A stretch of 63,412 nt of DNA, filler included, from Octopus bimaculoides (lineage: Eukaryota): assembly GCF_001194135.2 (NCBI RefSeq). It is 10 parts of 7 records of this genome, joined end to end, with 100 filler letters (N's around TTAATTAATTAA, not from the genome) between each part and the next. Parts side by side here need not be neighbours in the genome. Positions count along the whole stretch, not along the records: positions 1 to 25,725 come from NC_068981.1; 9 more parts are not named here. One strand, given 5' to 3'. This document shows positions 1 through 11,519 of the stretch, piece after piece. The position numbers and the translations under genes were made by a program. Each line of letters begins with the position of its first letter. The first letter of the stretch is position 1. The notes below the pieces were generated by a model, which saw nothing but the letters and a program-made list of their open reading frames with translations, was not told the DNA's origin and did not search any database.

Positions 1-516
1 TATATATTAGAAGAACAGATTGTATATTGACATGCATATATATCAAATATATCACTCTCAAAGATTCCAAGAACTGAATTAGGTTCTAGGTTGTCGCTTT
101 TCATTAATATGTTGAAACAAACTCATTCTTTTAACCGGAATCTTTTTCATGTTGCGCCTAATTTACGTGTTGAAGTTTTATTGACGAAGAAAGTAATGGA
201 GCACTTGGTTTTGTAAGTAAGTAGTTAACTATCAGTGAGGATAAGCTAGAATTTTCAGATGAAGAAATCAAGCAACTGTTTCGCACATTATAAATACAAT
301 CTGTAATTGGAACAATAAAACTATGCAAGATTATTCTCGGGTTTAAAACGTGTCATTATTTTTGTTATCTACATTCTACAGATGGAACTTTATATCCGTG
401 TTAGAAGCCAGCTACTTCTTCGGAGGAAACGTTTATATATTGAAAAACAGAAGAGACACACGCACACACATACATACATACATACATACATACACACATA
501 CATACATACACACTTA

Positions 517-831
517 GTGAAGGCAGGTGGCTTAGTGCTTAGGGTATTCGGGTCACGATCATAAAGTCGTGTGATCAATTCCGGGCGACGCGTTGTGTCC
601 TTGAGCAAGACACTTTATTTGCTCCATTCAGCTTGCAAAAATGAGTAGTGCGTGTATTTCGAAGGGCCAGGTTTGTCACACTTTGTGTCACGCTGAATCT
701 CCCTGAGAGCTCTACGTTAAGGGTACTCGTGTCTGTGGAGTGCTCAGCTACTTACACGTTAATTTCACGAGCTTGCTGTTCCGTTGATCGTATCAGCTGG
801 GACCCTTTTTGTCGTAACCGACGGAGTGCTC
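517..831 (+). mobile_element. tRNA-derived SINE with CORE-like segment
   Basis: Head GTGAAGGCAGGTGGCTTAGTG (A-box-like) and degenerate B-box. Then TTGTGTCCTTGAGCAAGACACTTTA, which resembles the CORE-SINE domain. The 3' body (TTCGAAGGGCCAGG...CACGTTAATT) is shared with the SINE at 11210-11519. Confidence 0.7.
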
Positions 832-868
832 TTACTACATACTTACATACAATTCAAACATACATACG

Positions 869-904
<36 letters not shown>

Positions 905-1835
905 NNNNNNNNNNNNNNNNNNNNNNNNNNNNNNNNNNNNNNNNNNNNNNNNNNNNNNNNNNNNNNNNNNNNNNNNNNNNNNNNNNNNNNNNNNNNNNNN
1001 NNNNNNNNNNNNNNNNNNNNNNNNNNNNNNNNNNNNNNNNNNNNNNNNNNNNNNNNNNNNNNNNNNNNNNNNNNNNNNNNNNNNNNNNNNNNNNNNNNNN
1101 NNNNNNNNNNNNNNNNNNNNNNNNNNNNNNNNNNNNNNNNNNNNNNNNNNNNNNNNNNNNNNNNNNNNNNNNNNNNNNNNNNNNNNNNNNNNNNNNNNNN
1201 NNNNNNNNNNNNNNNNNNNNNNNNNNNNNNNNNNNNNNNNNNNNNNNNNNNNNNNNNNNNNNNNNNNNNNNNNNNNNNNNNNNNNNNNNNNNNNNNNNNN
1301 NNNNNNNNNNNNNNNNNNNNNNNNNNNNNNNNNNNNNNNNNNNNNNNNNNNNNNNNNNNNNNNNNNNNNNNNNNNNNNNNNNNNNNNNNNNNNNNNNNNN
1401 NNNNNNNNNNNNNNNNNNNNNNNNNNNNNNNNNNNNNNNNNNNNNNNNNNNNNNNNNNNNNNNNNNNNNNNNNNNNNNNNNNNNNNNNNNNNNNNNNNNN
1501 NNNNNNNNNNNNNNNNNNNNNNNNNNNNNNNNNNNNNNNNNNNNNNNNNNNNNNNNNNNNNNNNNNNNNNNNNNNNNNNNNNNNNNNNNNNNNNNNNNNN
1601 NNNNNNNNNNNNNNNNNNNNNNNNNNNNNNNNNNNNNNNNNNNNNNNNNNNNNNNNNNNNNNNNNNNNNNNNNNNNNNNNNNNNNNNNNNNNNNNNNNNN
1701 NNNNNNNNNNNNNNNNNNNNNNNNNNNNNNNNNNNNNNNNNNNNNNNNNNNNNNNNNNNNNNNNNNNNNNNNNNNNNNNNNNNNNNNNNNNNNNNNNNNN
1801 NNNNNNNNNNNNNNNNNNNNNNNNNNNNNNNNNNN

Positions 1836-1888
<53 letters not shown>

Positions 1889-1960
1889 CACACACGCACA
1901 TATATGGGTTTCTGTGTGTGTATTCATTTAGTACTGCCTCAAGTTATTACGCACACACAT

Positions 1961-2151
1961 AAGGCCCGCTATTTGGTTTTCTTGGCGTATAACTGACCAA
2001 GATAACAACATTCCCTCTGGATGGGACGCAGATTTGTCGCGTGTTCACTCATTAACATCGGAAACCTAACACACCGCCCGATCCTTGAATCGAAACCAGG
2101 ATCTTGCGATCGTGTGTACAATACTCTATCCACTGAGCAAGGCAGCTTCAC
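1961..2151 (-). mobile_element. tRNA-derived SINE (distinct body)
   Basis: Minus strand reads GTGAAGCTGCCTTGCTCAGTGGATAGAG...GGTTTCGATTC (A- and B-box), then a GCGTCCCATCCAGAGGG body. Confidence 0.65.
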
Positions 2152-2399
2152 ACATATACACACGCACCCACACATATATATATGTATGTATGTATGAATA
2201 TTTTTCAGATGTGTGGGAGGTATACATTTCGCTAGAAATGTTGTTATGCGCCAGCGGCTACCATTCAATTTGAAGGTCTGTAAATCAGGTAAAATCATGT
2301 GCACTGAAGTTGTTCCTGATGATTAGCTCTCCCTCTCTGGGGGAAAGAAATATAGAATCAAATTGTTAAATTGGCTTTGACGAGTGACCTAGATGGAAG

Positions 2400-3460
2400 T
2401 GGCATACAAGTAACTAATTTGATCAGAAATGGCTGTGGTAGAGACAAAGCAGTAAGCATATATTTTGTAATGTATTTTTGAGCAATTCACCGGTCTCGTT
2501 TTGTATGTGTTGTTTTATACTGGTCTCAAATTTTGGTACAAGGCAAGAAATTTCGAGGAAGAGGTTAAGTCGATTACATCAGCTCCAGTGCACAACTCGT
2601 ATTTATTTTACCGATCTCGAAATGATGAAAGGTGCAGTCGACCTCGGCGGAATTTGAACTCAGAACTTAAAGACGGACAAATTGCCACCATGCATTTTGC
2701 CCGGCATGCTACCAGGTCGCCAACCAATGTGTTATATAATATTAGCCTAAGCCGCGGCACAACATTTCCGACTGTGAGAATAAACTCTAACATTGACCTT
2801 ACTTGATCAGCAAACTGACCATTGCTGTTATAATTTCCGGCTATGCAAAGTGTTTGTGAGGCATTTTTAACAATTCTACGAATGAGATTTGAGATCTCTA
2901 GGAAAATAATCAGTGTTTAAGAGTCTTATCATATGTAATGAATTTTATACTTTTAATTACCTATTACTCATGACTCAATAGGATGACTTAGAAGATTTTT
3001 GCGGAGGGTAAAGCATTTAAGATTTTGGAAAAGAAAAAAATTAATGAGTGCTTATTTCGTCTTTGATAGAAGGGAGCGATATGGATTGATGGTAGGCAGG
3101 ATCAGAGAACTCAACCTTTTGGGGGAAGATCTAATGCGCTGCAGAATGTTTCTAACGATCGGGTAACTATTGTTAAACATTGTATACTGGAATTTATAAA
3201 TGCTAACACTGAATGTAATTTCAGGATCAAATGCCTTGATTTTAAATCCTCTTCAACCCCTACCCTATATTAACGGGTACAAAAAGATGTTCAATATGTT
3301 ATCTTGAAAAATTATCTCTTGATTGAAAAATTGTGAAATATTGTCTCTTAAAAACTTGAGAATCTCCAGCGAATACATAAAATTCAAGAAAGAATCTTTT
3401 TGTCCGCATTTCAAGAAGTACATCCCATCACAATTTAAAAGTAGATCACCGAGCATTTAG
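2400..3460 (+). mobile_element. Degraded Penelope-like element, C-terminal (GIY-YIG) region, interrupted by a SINE
   Basis: Frameshifted translations give NPYPILTGTKRCSICYLEKL and ...SFCPHFKKY, matching the Penelope C-terminal KRCxLCLxEK...CxH pattern. Weaker upstream matches. Many stops. Confidence 0.5.
2523..2722 (-). mobile_element. SINE family A (most abundant SINE in the window)
   Basis: Reverse complement of the family-A consensus (GAGTTCAAATTCCGCCGAGGTCGAC...GATGTAATCGACTT...CCTTGTACCAAAATTTGA) seen repeatedly in this window. Confidence 0.8.
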
Positions 3461-3816
3461 TAAACTATTAACATTTTGTTTACGTCGGTTTGAAAACAAA
3501 TTATTGCAGCGAAGGTTCTTTCCTTTGTGCTTTTCTTGTTTTATTATTTTCCAAAGTCTCTTCTTTAAACGATATCTGCTCAAAAGACAACTGATAAACG
3601 GTCTTGCTTTACACTTGAAAAACAGCTAAATAAATTATCTATTACGATCAGGAAACCTTGGGTAACTGTATATAACATAACTTTTTTTCTTATAACATTA
3701 TCTTTATTCTCTTAGCTGATCGAGTGCTTTACTATTTGTTAAAGCATTGCCACATTACGTGTGTGTGTGCGTACATGTGTGTATTCATGTATATATGTGT
3801 GTGCGCGTGTGATGCG

Positions 3817-4042
3817 TGTGTCTGCGTTTTTGTGTTTGTCCCCCAGCACCGCTTCACTACCAGCGTTGGTGGGTTTAGGTCCTCGTAACATAGCGATTCG
3901 ACGGCGACTCAACAAAAGAGGCCTATATAATAAGTATTGAGCTTTAAAAAAACTAAATCTTCAGGTCGATTCATACGACTACAATACTTATAGGCGGTGC
4001 CCCACGGCGTACGATGTCTGATGACTGAAACAAGATAACGAC
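3817..4042 (+). mobile_element. SINE family B, 3' half (diverged)
   Basis: TGTGTTTGTCCCCC...GGCGGTGCCCCA...ATGACTGAAACAAG aligns by eye to the conserved copy at 25856-26075. Confidence 0.7.
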
Positions 4043-5112
4043 GATTCCTTATCAAAATATGGATTTTCAAGGTAACATAGCATTATACTCTCCACTGAAC
4101 CAGAAATGTTACTAAGGGTGGTTCATCATAAAACTAACAGAAACGTTTGACACTTGATAATCACTACATATATCTAATATGTTATGCGCTTTATACTAAC
4201 AGAATCAAATTGTGTATCAGTTCCTCTACTGCATCATGAGTCATTAAATATATTTCAAGGTACTTCAAAGATTGCAATTGTTTGTGCATATCGTTTCATA
4301 CATCTCATTAAGCCATCTTCAAAACTCGAATGATTAGAAGCTAATAGACAGGAATTAACAATTTTGATATAATGTTGAGACAATATATATATATATATAT
4401 ATATATATCTTTGATAGGTGTGTTCTGTAAATTGATGTTGATTCTGCTCGGAAACAAACCTGATTCATATGAGGAAACAAGTTATCAGATACTGTAAATA
4501 TATTCTATATATATTGTAAGTGAAACGGTAAATTGTCTGAACCATTTATAGACAGTTGTAGGCTGAATATATCATCAGCATCATATGAATTCCGTTACCA
4601 TATTCAATCTGACTTCAAATGTTCTTATTGAAACTTTGCAAGTATATGTGTTTTAGATCAAGCAAATATGAAGGACATACAAACGCCATAACACTACCCT
4701 CCTTCCAGAGGTTAATGAATCTCTCATAGATACAAAGTGTGAATAATGATATATTAGTTTAAACATGATGCGTATTTTACATAGATTTAGAAACACTCAT
4801 ATCTAAACAACGTGCACAATATATTGACAAACGATATATTGTACAAATGTGTGAAATAATCGCACATGAAACAATTAATAATTATGAGTAAACAACCATG
4901 TATATACATTCATGGATGCAAGCATTTATAAAGCTATAGGAGAGGGTTCTGAAACGTTCTTGGCTTTAAGGTTATGACGGAAAGCCTGGTTCGAAGCTTA
5001 AACTTTCGAATTCTTTTACAGGGGTTATAAAAACTGAAGGACAGCTGAAATAAGTGTGCGAAGTTGAGAGGGGAATATGTTGTATAAAATCATAATTAAC
5101 TGATCCTCTTAT

Positions 5113-5288
5113 AAAGTTAAAGAAGTGATTTTCAATTCTCAAACGCAGGATAATGCTAATAATATAGCCTGACAGGATACACTAGCCCTACTTTGCAGAA
5201 AGAAGTGACGGCGGCCAGCTATGAGACACGAACTCACAACTCCGTGATTATGCGTTGCGGTGCTCTAACCGATTAAGCTAAACTACCC
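5113..5288 (-). mobile_element. Short element with a decayed tRNA(CAT)-like head (5213-5288) and a ~100-bp body
   Basis: Minus strand has a D-arm (GCT..AGC), T-arm GTGAG-TTCGTGT-CTCAT and anticodon loop CGCATAA. Acceptor and anticodon stems are broken, so this is not a functional tRNA. Confidence 0.5.
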
Positions 5289-5422
5289 ACTACAAATTCT
5301 TCTGCAAATTTAAGATGTATAGAAATCTCGCTTTATGAGACGCCATCATATGTTAAATTCAAATTACGATAAACGTAAACAAACAAACGAAGTTTGCTTT
5401 TAGAAGCGTTAAGATGTCTTGG

Positions 5423-5528
5423 AAAGTTAAAGAAGTGATTTTAAATTGTCAAACGCAGGATAATGCTAATAATATAGCCTGAACAGGATAAGCTACCCCT
5501 ATTTTGCAGAAAAAAGTGTAGACGGCCA
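5423..5528 (-). repeat. Second, headless copy of the 5113-5217 body (direct repeat, 310-bp spacing)
   Basis: AAAGTTAAAGAAGTGATTTT...AAACGCAGGATAATGCTAATAATATAGCCTGA...GACGG occurs at 5113 and at 5423. Confidence 0.85.
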
Positions 5529-5639
5529 CAAAGCCAGGAACTTTTCAGCTTCCCCTCGTATACATGCAAACAGCCATAGATATAAGGGAAAATGTGTGTA
5601 AACAACATTTCTTTTTAAAATCACAATTACGTATAGAAC

Positions 5640-6200
5640 ACAATAATTCATGTAACATGACTTGTACATTTAATGCTTCCTCTCATGTGCCTTACTTAAA
5701 TAAAACTTTCCTTAAAACCCTCGCTGTACGAAGAACTGCTGTCTTCTGCATGACCCGTAACTTTTCATCAATTCCGATTCCATTTACGTAGTCTTCGAAG
5801 CTGTCCGTTATGCATCCCAATGCTCCAATCACCACAGGAATCCCTAAAACCTTCTTAAACCCCCCACAACTCTCCAACCATTTTCTTCCGGGACTCATAC
5901 TTCTCCAAATTTTTCAGGCTCTTTATCTCTCATCTACTATATCCTGGGATGGAGATGTCGATAATTTAGGTCCCTTTTCCTTTCTTGTTGACAACTATAC
6001 TCTCTGGCCTTGCTGCTCAATCATTCTATCACACCGAATGTCGAAATACCACAAAAGCTTAAATCTGTCATCCACTTGTCCCTCCTTTCGTTTCTGCTTT
6101 CGTTTCAGCTGCTGTGACAAACTTATATTTCTTGACTATCATCCGGCGGATAAATCTGGCAATATTATCATTTTGTACTCTACATGTGCCAAGTAAGCAC
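5640..6200 (-). mobile_element. Dong/R4-clade non-LTR retrotransposon 3' end (restriction-like endonuclease), 5'-truncated
   Basis: KLLWYFDIRCDRMIE..., IIDISIPG and GIPVVIGALG...MQKTAVLRTARVLRKVL* match the RLE-domain C-terminus. Frameshifted. The 5' end abuts an (ATC/ATT)n repeat. Confidence 0.85.
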
Positions 6201-6230
6201 ATTATTATCATTATGATCATCAACGTCATT

Positions 6231-6284
<54 letters not shown>

Positions 6285-6298
6285 GTCATCATTATTAT

Positions 6299-6509
6299 CG
6301 GCGATCAGGCAGGATGGTTACCGCGCCGAGCAAAATGCTTTGCCGCATTTCGTCCGCCTTTACGTTATGAATTCAAATTCCGCCGAGGTCGACTTTACTT
6401 TTCATTCTCTCGGGGTCGATAAAATAAGTACCAGTTGAACACTGAGGTTGATGTAATCGACTTACTCCGTCCCCCGAAATTGCTGGCCGTCTGCTAAAAT
6501 GTGAAACCA
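6299..6509 (+). mobile_element. SINE family A, full length, embedded in (ATC)n
   Basis: GGCAGGATGGTTACCGCGCCGAGCAAAATGC...GAATTCAAATTCCGCCGAGGTCGAC...CCCCCGAAATTGCTGGCC...GTGAAACC, with (ATC)n on both sides. Confidence 0.9.
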
Positions 6510-6536
6510 TCATTGTTGCTGCTTTTGTTGTCGTCG

Positions 6537-6599
<63 letters not shown>

Positions 6600-7159
6600 C
6601 CATCACCACCATCATCATCGTTGATGCCATTACATCTTCTATTATTACTGAGTTACTATATTTGTATTGATCATTGTGTCTCAACTTTTTTTTATTGTTG
6701 TGTAATCAAATACTGCAATGTATGCCTTGGGTAAGTGCAACGTCTGTCATTGTATTTTACTATTTTAATGCATTAGAATAGTCAACATTAATGTATGACA
6801 ATGTTGTATAAGTGTATTAGTGTGGGTGTTCTGCATATATATTTATATGCGTTTTGTTTTCATCATTCCTAAATTCTCTGATGCTTATTGATTCTGTTTT
6901 CCATTAACACATTCTAGATATCTTTATTTCAAGGTCTTTGTATTTGGAATGCTTTTTCCTGTCTATTACTAGTACGTATTCGTTAAAACTATCACCCCAA
7001 CTATCACAACCACCAGAACCACCACTACCACTACTATCAGTAAAAATAATAGGAAGAAAAAGAACAACATCAACAACAACAATAATAACAAGAACAACAA
7101 CAATAATAATAACAACAATAGTAATGATAATAATAACAACAACAACAATAATAAGTAAT

Positions 7160-7710
7160 GCCCTGGTGCAATACCAGGCAGTGGCTCTCATGGCTTTTGA
7201 TCTTAACTTATTGGAATTGTTATGTTTTGTTTTGGTATAAAAGATGAGCTACATCAAATATTCTAGTCAGTACCACAGAGCTGCTTGTCAGTTGCTTGAC
7301 CTTAACTAGTTGAGCATGTACCTTAGTGGCTGACAATATGTGCATCTCTGATCACGACCAGGAGTAGTGGGGAAGCATAATAGCTATGTGTTAAGAGGAA
7401 TTCTTTGGGGTTTGGATAATTCACCTCTGGAAACAAGGGTGTTTCATTCATTATCCTTAAACAACCCTCATTCGCAGACCTTTTGAGTGGGATGGGCTAC
7501 TCGAGCTGAAGTGAAGAAAATTCTTACAGGTTTCCCACCTGCAAGCTCATGTGTTGTCTACCTTGATATGAAATCTCCATGCTGCACACCTATGGTTCTG
7601 GCGCATATGCTTGGTATACGCTTATCAGGCAGGTAGTGATGATAGGTATACTGGGCTTTGTGTATTTGTACCCCAGTATCACTTTGATGGCATGCGCTAC
7701 TCTCTCACTC
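7160..7710 (+). mobile_element. Orphan ~555-bp element 'C', copy 1, (AAT)n-flanked
   Basis: Colinear end-to-end with 33016-33570 (GCCC..ATGCAATACCAGGCAG at the 5' end, CTCTCTCACTC-AATAAT at the 3' end). No ORF and no tRNA head recognised. Confidence 0.8.
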
Positions 7711-7726
7711 AATAATGATAATAATA

Positions 7727-8478
7727 TGTTTTTGAGAAGCGACTGAGGATGAATGTGGAACATAATCACGAGCTTGGTTGAAAAAAGGGTAGTTGAAATC
7801 AGAAGCAGAGAACGTTATTTACAACAGCTAAAAATAAAGCGCTGGAAACAACTAGAGAAGGTTGTGGCTAAATGTAGATTATGTGGAATTTGGGATGAAA
7901 CAATAATACCTATCGTTGCAAAATGCCCGAGGTTAATCCACGGAGAATATAAGGAATGGATGTATGATCAAGTTGAGAAAGTTTTACACTGGATGCTTTG
8001 CCAGAAATGAGGGTTTCAAGCCCGGGTAGAAAATGTACTTACTTAGCAAACATACAAGATTTTGAGGGAATTTACATTTTAAACGGATTGAATATAACAA
8101 ACCTGACATTACAATAATAGACAAAGAAAAGGATATTTGCTTTCTGCATGATCTGTCATGTAAAATTGATTCCAGGATTGTAAAAAAAAATATTAAAAAA
8201 AATAAAAGTTTCAGGTTGTAAGGATTTGGAATATGAAATGTGTAAAGATTATACCTGTGATAATTGGTGCATTAAGGACTGTGAGTGGTGACATAGACAA
8301 TAATGAAGATTGGAATGTAATGTCCTGTAGAATTTCTAAAGACGATTTGCCTCTTAGGAACAAGAAAGATGATCAGTTTTGAACACTTTATGACTTAGTG
8401 AAATCATAGAGACGTCTAAGGTAGAAAGTACAACCGATGTGAATTCTATCAGGAATAAGAGAAACCCTGACTCAAGTC
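7727..8478 (+). mobile_element. Dong/R4-clade LINE C-terminus (zinc knuckle + RLE) with 3' UTR and (TAA)n tail
   Basis: AKCRLCGIWDETIIPIVAKCPRL...VLHWMLC, EYNKPDITIIDKEKDICFLHDLS and VKIIPVIIGAL. Followed by (TAA)n at 8479-8513. Confidence 0.88.
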
Positions 8479-8513
8479 TAATAATAATAATGATAATAAT
8501 AATAATAATAATA

Positions 8514-9720
8514 CCACCATAGAAACCATCAAGCTAAAGGTATGTGCTAAAGCTGCCTGCATAGCAAGGTATGAAAAGCGCGTTAGATTCTTTAAGTACA
8601 ACAACATGTTCAAAAATAACGCCCAAATGTTTTTACAGGAAGATAGGGAAGGGACTAGTTAAGCCTGTCCCATCAAAAGAAGAAGTGCAGGGATTTTGGA
8701 ATAAAATTTGGGCAGAAGTAAAAACACACAATGAAAATCGATAGAATATCTACAGACTTAGACTACTTAGAGGAGCAAAAGTGGGAGGGTGTCAAGGTAG
8801 AAGATATAAGATCTGCTCTCAGGAGGTCAAGTAAATGGATGTCTCCAGTAAAGGATAAAATTCCTAACTTCTGGTTGAATGCCTTCCCAGGGAGCCATGA
8901 ACTGCTAACAAAACTTTACAACAATGTTTTGCAACATCCTAATATGATACCATCTTGGCTAGTTTAACATTTCAACTTCCAAAATATGAAAAACAAATGA
9001 ACAAAGAAATTATCGACCCATAACCTGCTTAACAACAATGTATAGAACGCTAACATCTGTCCTGACTGAATATACCTATAGTTTTTTTAATAGAAAGTAT
9101 CAAATTCCCTAATGAGCAAAAAAGGATGTAAACGTGGATCTTATGGTTGTAAAGATCAGCTACTCATCAATAAGATGATCTTAGAAGATTGTCACAAACG
9201 CCGCAAAAGTTGGTCAATAGCCTGGATNNNNNNNNNNGATGATCTTAGAAGATTGTCACAAACGCCGCAAAAGTTGGTCAATAGCCTGGATAGACTATAA
9301 AAAGGCCTTCGATAGCCTACCACATAGCTGGATTATGAAATGTCTGGAAATGTATAAAATAGTCTATAAGTATGAGATTATAGAGAACCGCACTGACTTT
9401 GAACAGTGACAATGAATCTCTAAATGCTGAAGATGTAAGAATTTCATGTAGCATTTTCCAGGGTGACTCACTATCACTACTTCTCTTTTGTCTAGCCTTA
9501 ATACCTCTCTCAAAATTGCTCAATGATGCACAGTACGGTTTGATGAAAATATAAATTATCTCATTTACATGGATGATTTAAAGCTATTTGCAAAAATATG
9601 ACCTACAACTCAAAGGCCTACTAGCGATTGTTAAACAATTAAGTGATGACATCAGAATGCAATTTTGCCTCGATAAATGTGCAGAAGCTACCTTTATCAA
9701 AGGAAAATTGACAGAAACCT
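8514..9720 (+). mobile_element. Dong/R4-clade LINE reverse-transcriptase fragment (degraded)
   Basis: ARYEKR, KDKIPNFWL, NYRPITCL, KGCKRGSYGCKDQLLINKMILED, WIDYKKAFDSLPHSWI, IFQGDSLS, YMDDLKLF and FCLDKC, with several frameshifts. Confidence 0.92.
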
Positions 9721-9941
9721 TTGAGCGAGATGATCTACTCGACCTGGAGAAAATTTTAACTAGGCCCCACCTGCAAGGTCATGCGTTATTCATCTTGATA
9801 TGAGATCACTATGTCGCGCACATGTGGTTGTGATACATGTGCCCGGTGTACCCTTATCAGACGTGTAGTCATGATGGATATGCTGGGCTTCGCATACTTT
9901 GCCCCAGTGTCACTTTGATCACATAAACCGCTCTCTCCCTC
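9717..9941 (+). mobile_element. Element 'C', 3' ~225 bp only, fused to the Dong RT fragment
   Basis: TTGAGCGAGATGATCTACTCGACC...GGCCCCACCTGCAAGGTCATGCG...CCCCAGTGTCACTTTGAT...CTCTCTCCCTC-AATAAT matches the 3' part of copies 1 and 2. Confidence 0.85.
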
Positions 9942-9954
9942 AATAATAATGATG

Positions 9955-10074
9955 ATGAAGAAGAAGAAGAAGAAGAAGAAGAAGAAGAAGAAGAAGAAGA
10001 AGAAGAAGAAGAAGAAGAAGAAGAAGAAGAAGAAGAAGAAGAAGAAGAAGAAGAAGAAGAAGAAGAAGAAGAAG
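9955..10074. repeat. (GAA)n microsatellite, ~40 units
   Basis: Read directly. Source of the poly-K and poly-F ORFs. Confidence 0.97.
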
Positions 10075-11209
10075 GGCAACAACAATAACAACAGTTTGGA
10101 AGGGAAGGGATCCTGGAACATAATTAATATTATAACTATTAACTGATACAGAACAGTCATGAATTACTCGTTTTCCTGATTAGGTTGGCCCTTCTCTAAG
10201 AAGGATATCAATTTATTCGATAACAATTAGGGCTTTGTAAATGAAAGATCATGTTCTCTTTTAGGTTCAGAATAGTTTTCTTTTCTTTTTTTTTTTTCAA
10301 ATCAATTCGGGGAAGAGGTCTCAAGTGTTGACAACCAGTATAATTTGCGACTGGAACTTCATAATTACCAAAGTAGCAAACAGTTCTATTGCAATCATTA
10401 ATGTTATAATTACTTCCTTTAGCTTTAGGCAATTCTGGGTGCGACTCAGAATTAACATATGGAAGACAAATGAGTACATATAGCTATTAGTAATTATTCA
10501 AACTTATTCACATGGATAATCAAGAAAAGTGTATTAATTAATGAAGGTGATGAAATGTGATTAATTAACAGAATATTACAACTGAAGGCATTACTTGTTT
10601 TTGTTTTTGTTTTTGTTTTCCTTTTAATGGGTGTTACTACTTTTATTATTTTTTTCTACTTTTTATACGATTTATGTAATCTTGTTGGCCTAAACGCATC
10701 AGTGCTTTTTGTGAAGATAACACATACTTTTATGCGGTATATGAAACCTTTAACGTGTTTTTTTATTAATGCATTGATTTCCAGGTTTGTTTGCATATGT
10801 GAAAGTGCGTACGTATTTTCTATCATCTATACCCGCTTGTCTTTACATATTTCCTTTTACAGAAGTATGCTTGTAGTTATGTACATCAATTACGGTGTTT
10901 CCACATACAAGTATTTACTATGGATTTGTTTCAATGACTGTCTTTATTCTGAATATACTCACATTGATTAGAAGTTACGGGGAAGACTGCACAGTGAGAA
11001 AGTTTCCTTTGAAGGACATTTCAAAAGATTTTTGACTATTCGATCGCGGGAAATTTCGAAGTGTTGTAATTGTTACCTCGAGGACACATAAACACCATAT
11101 ATCTTCGCAGCCAAAAGTCTACTTTTAGAGAATTTTTTTAAAAAATACATCAAATTTTGTTTGAATTTTTATTAAGATGTTGTTATTGTTGTTTAGTTAT
11201 ACACTACGT

Positions 11210-11519
11210 GGAGGTGCAATGGCCCAGTGGTTAGGGAAGCGGACTCGCGGTCATAGGATCGCGGTTTCGATTCCCAGACCGGGCGTTGTGAGTGTTTATT
11301 GAGCGAAAACACCTAAAGCTCTACGAGGCTCCGGCAGGGGATGGCGGCGAACCCTACTGTACTCTTCCACCACAACTTTCTCTCACTCTTACTTCCTGTT
11401 TCTGTTGTGCCTGTAATTCAAAGGGTCAGCCTTGTCACACTGTGTCACGCTGAATATCCCCGAGAAGTACGTTAAGAGTACACGTGTCTGTGGAGAGCTC
11501 AGACACTTACATGTTAATT
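11210..11519 (+). mobile_element. tRNA-derived SINE (well preserved; 3' end lost in gap)
   Basis: GGAGGTGCAATGGCCCAGTGGTTAGGG (A-box) and GGTTTCGATTCCC (B-box). The 3' domain is shared with 517-831. Confidence 0.85.

Noticed and set aside
784-1962. Long ORFs in the track made of X, or of poly-I/K/M/S/HT/CV/YI
   Set aside because: Produced by N gaps and microsatellites.
5213-5288. Functional tRNA-Met gene
   Set aside because: Acceptor and anticodon stems are broken; treated as a tRNA-derived head.
9177-9291. Exact ~50-bp duplications flanking 10-N gaps (also near 13538, 49610, 49760, 49939)
   Set aside because: Unmerged overlapping contig ends.
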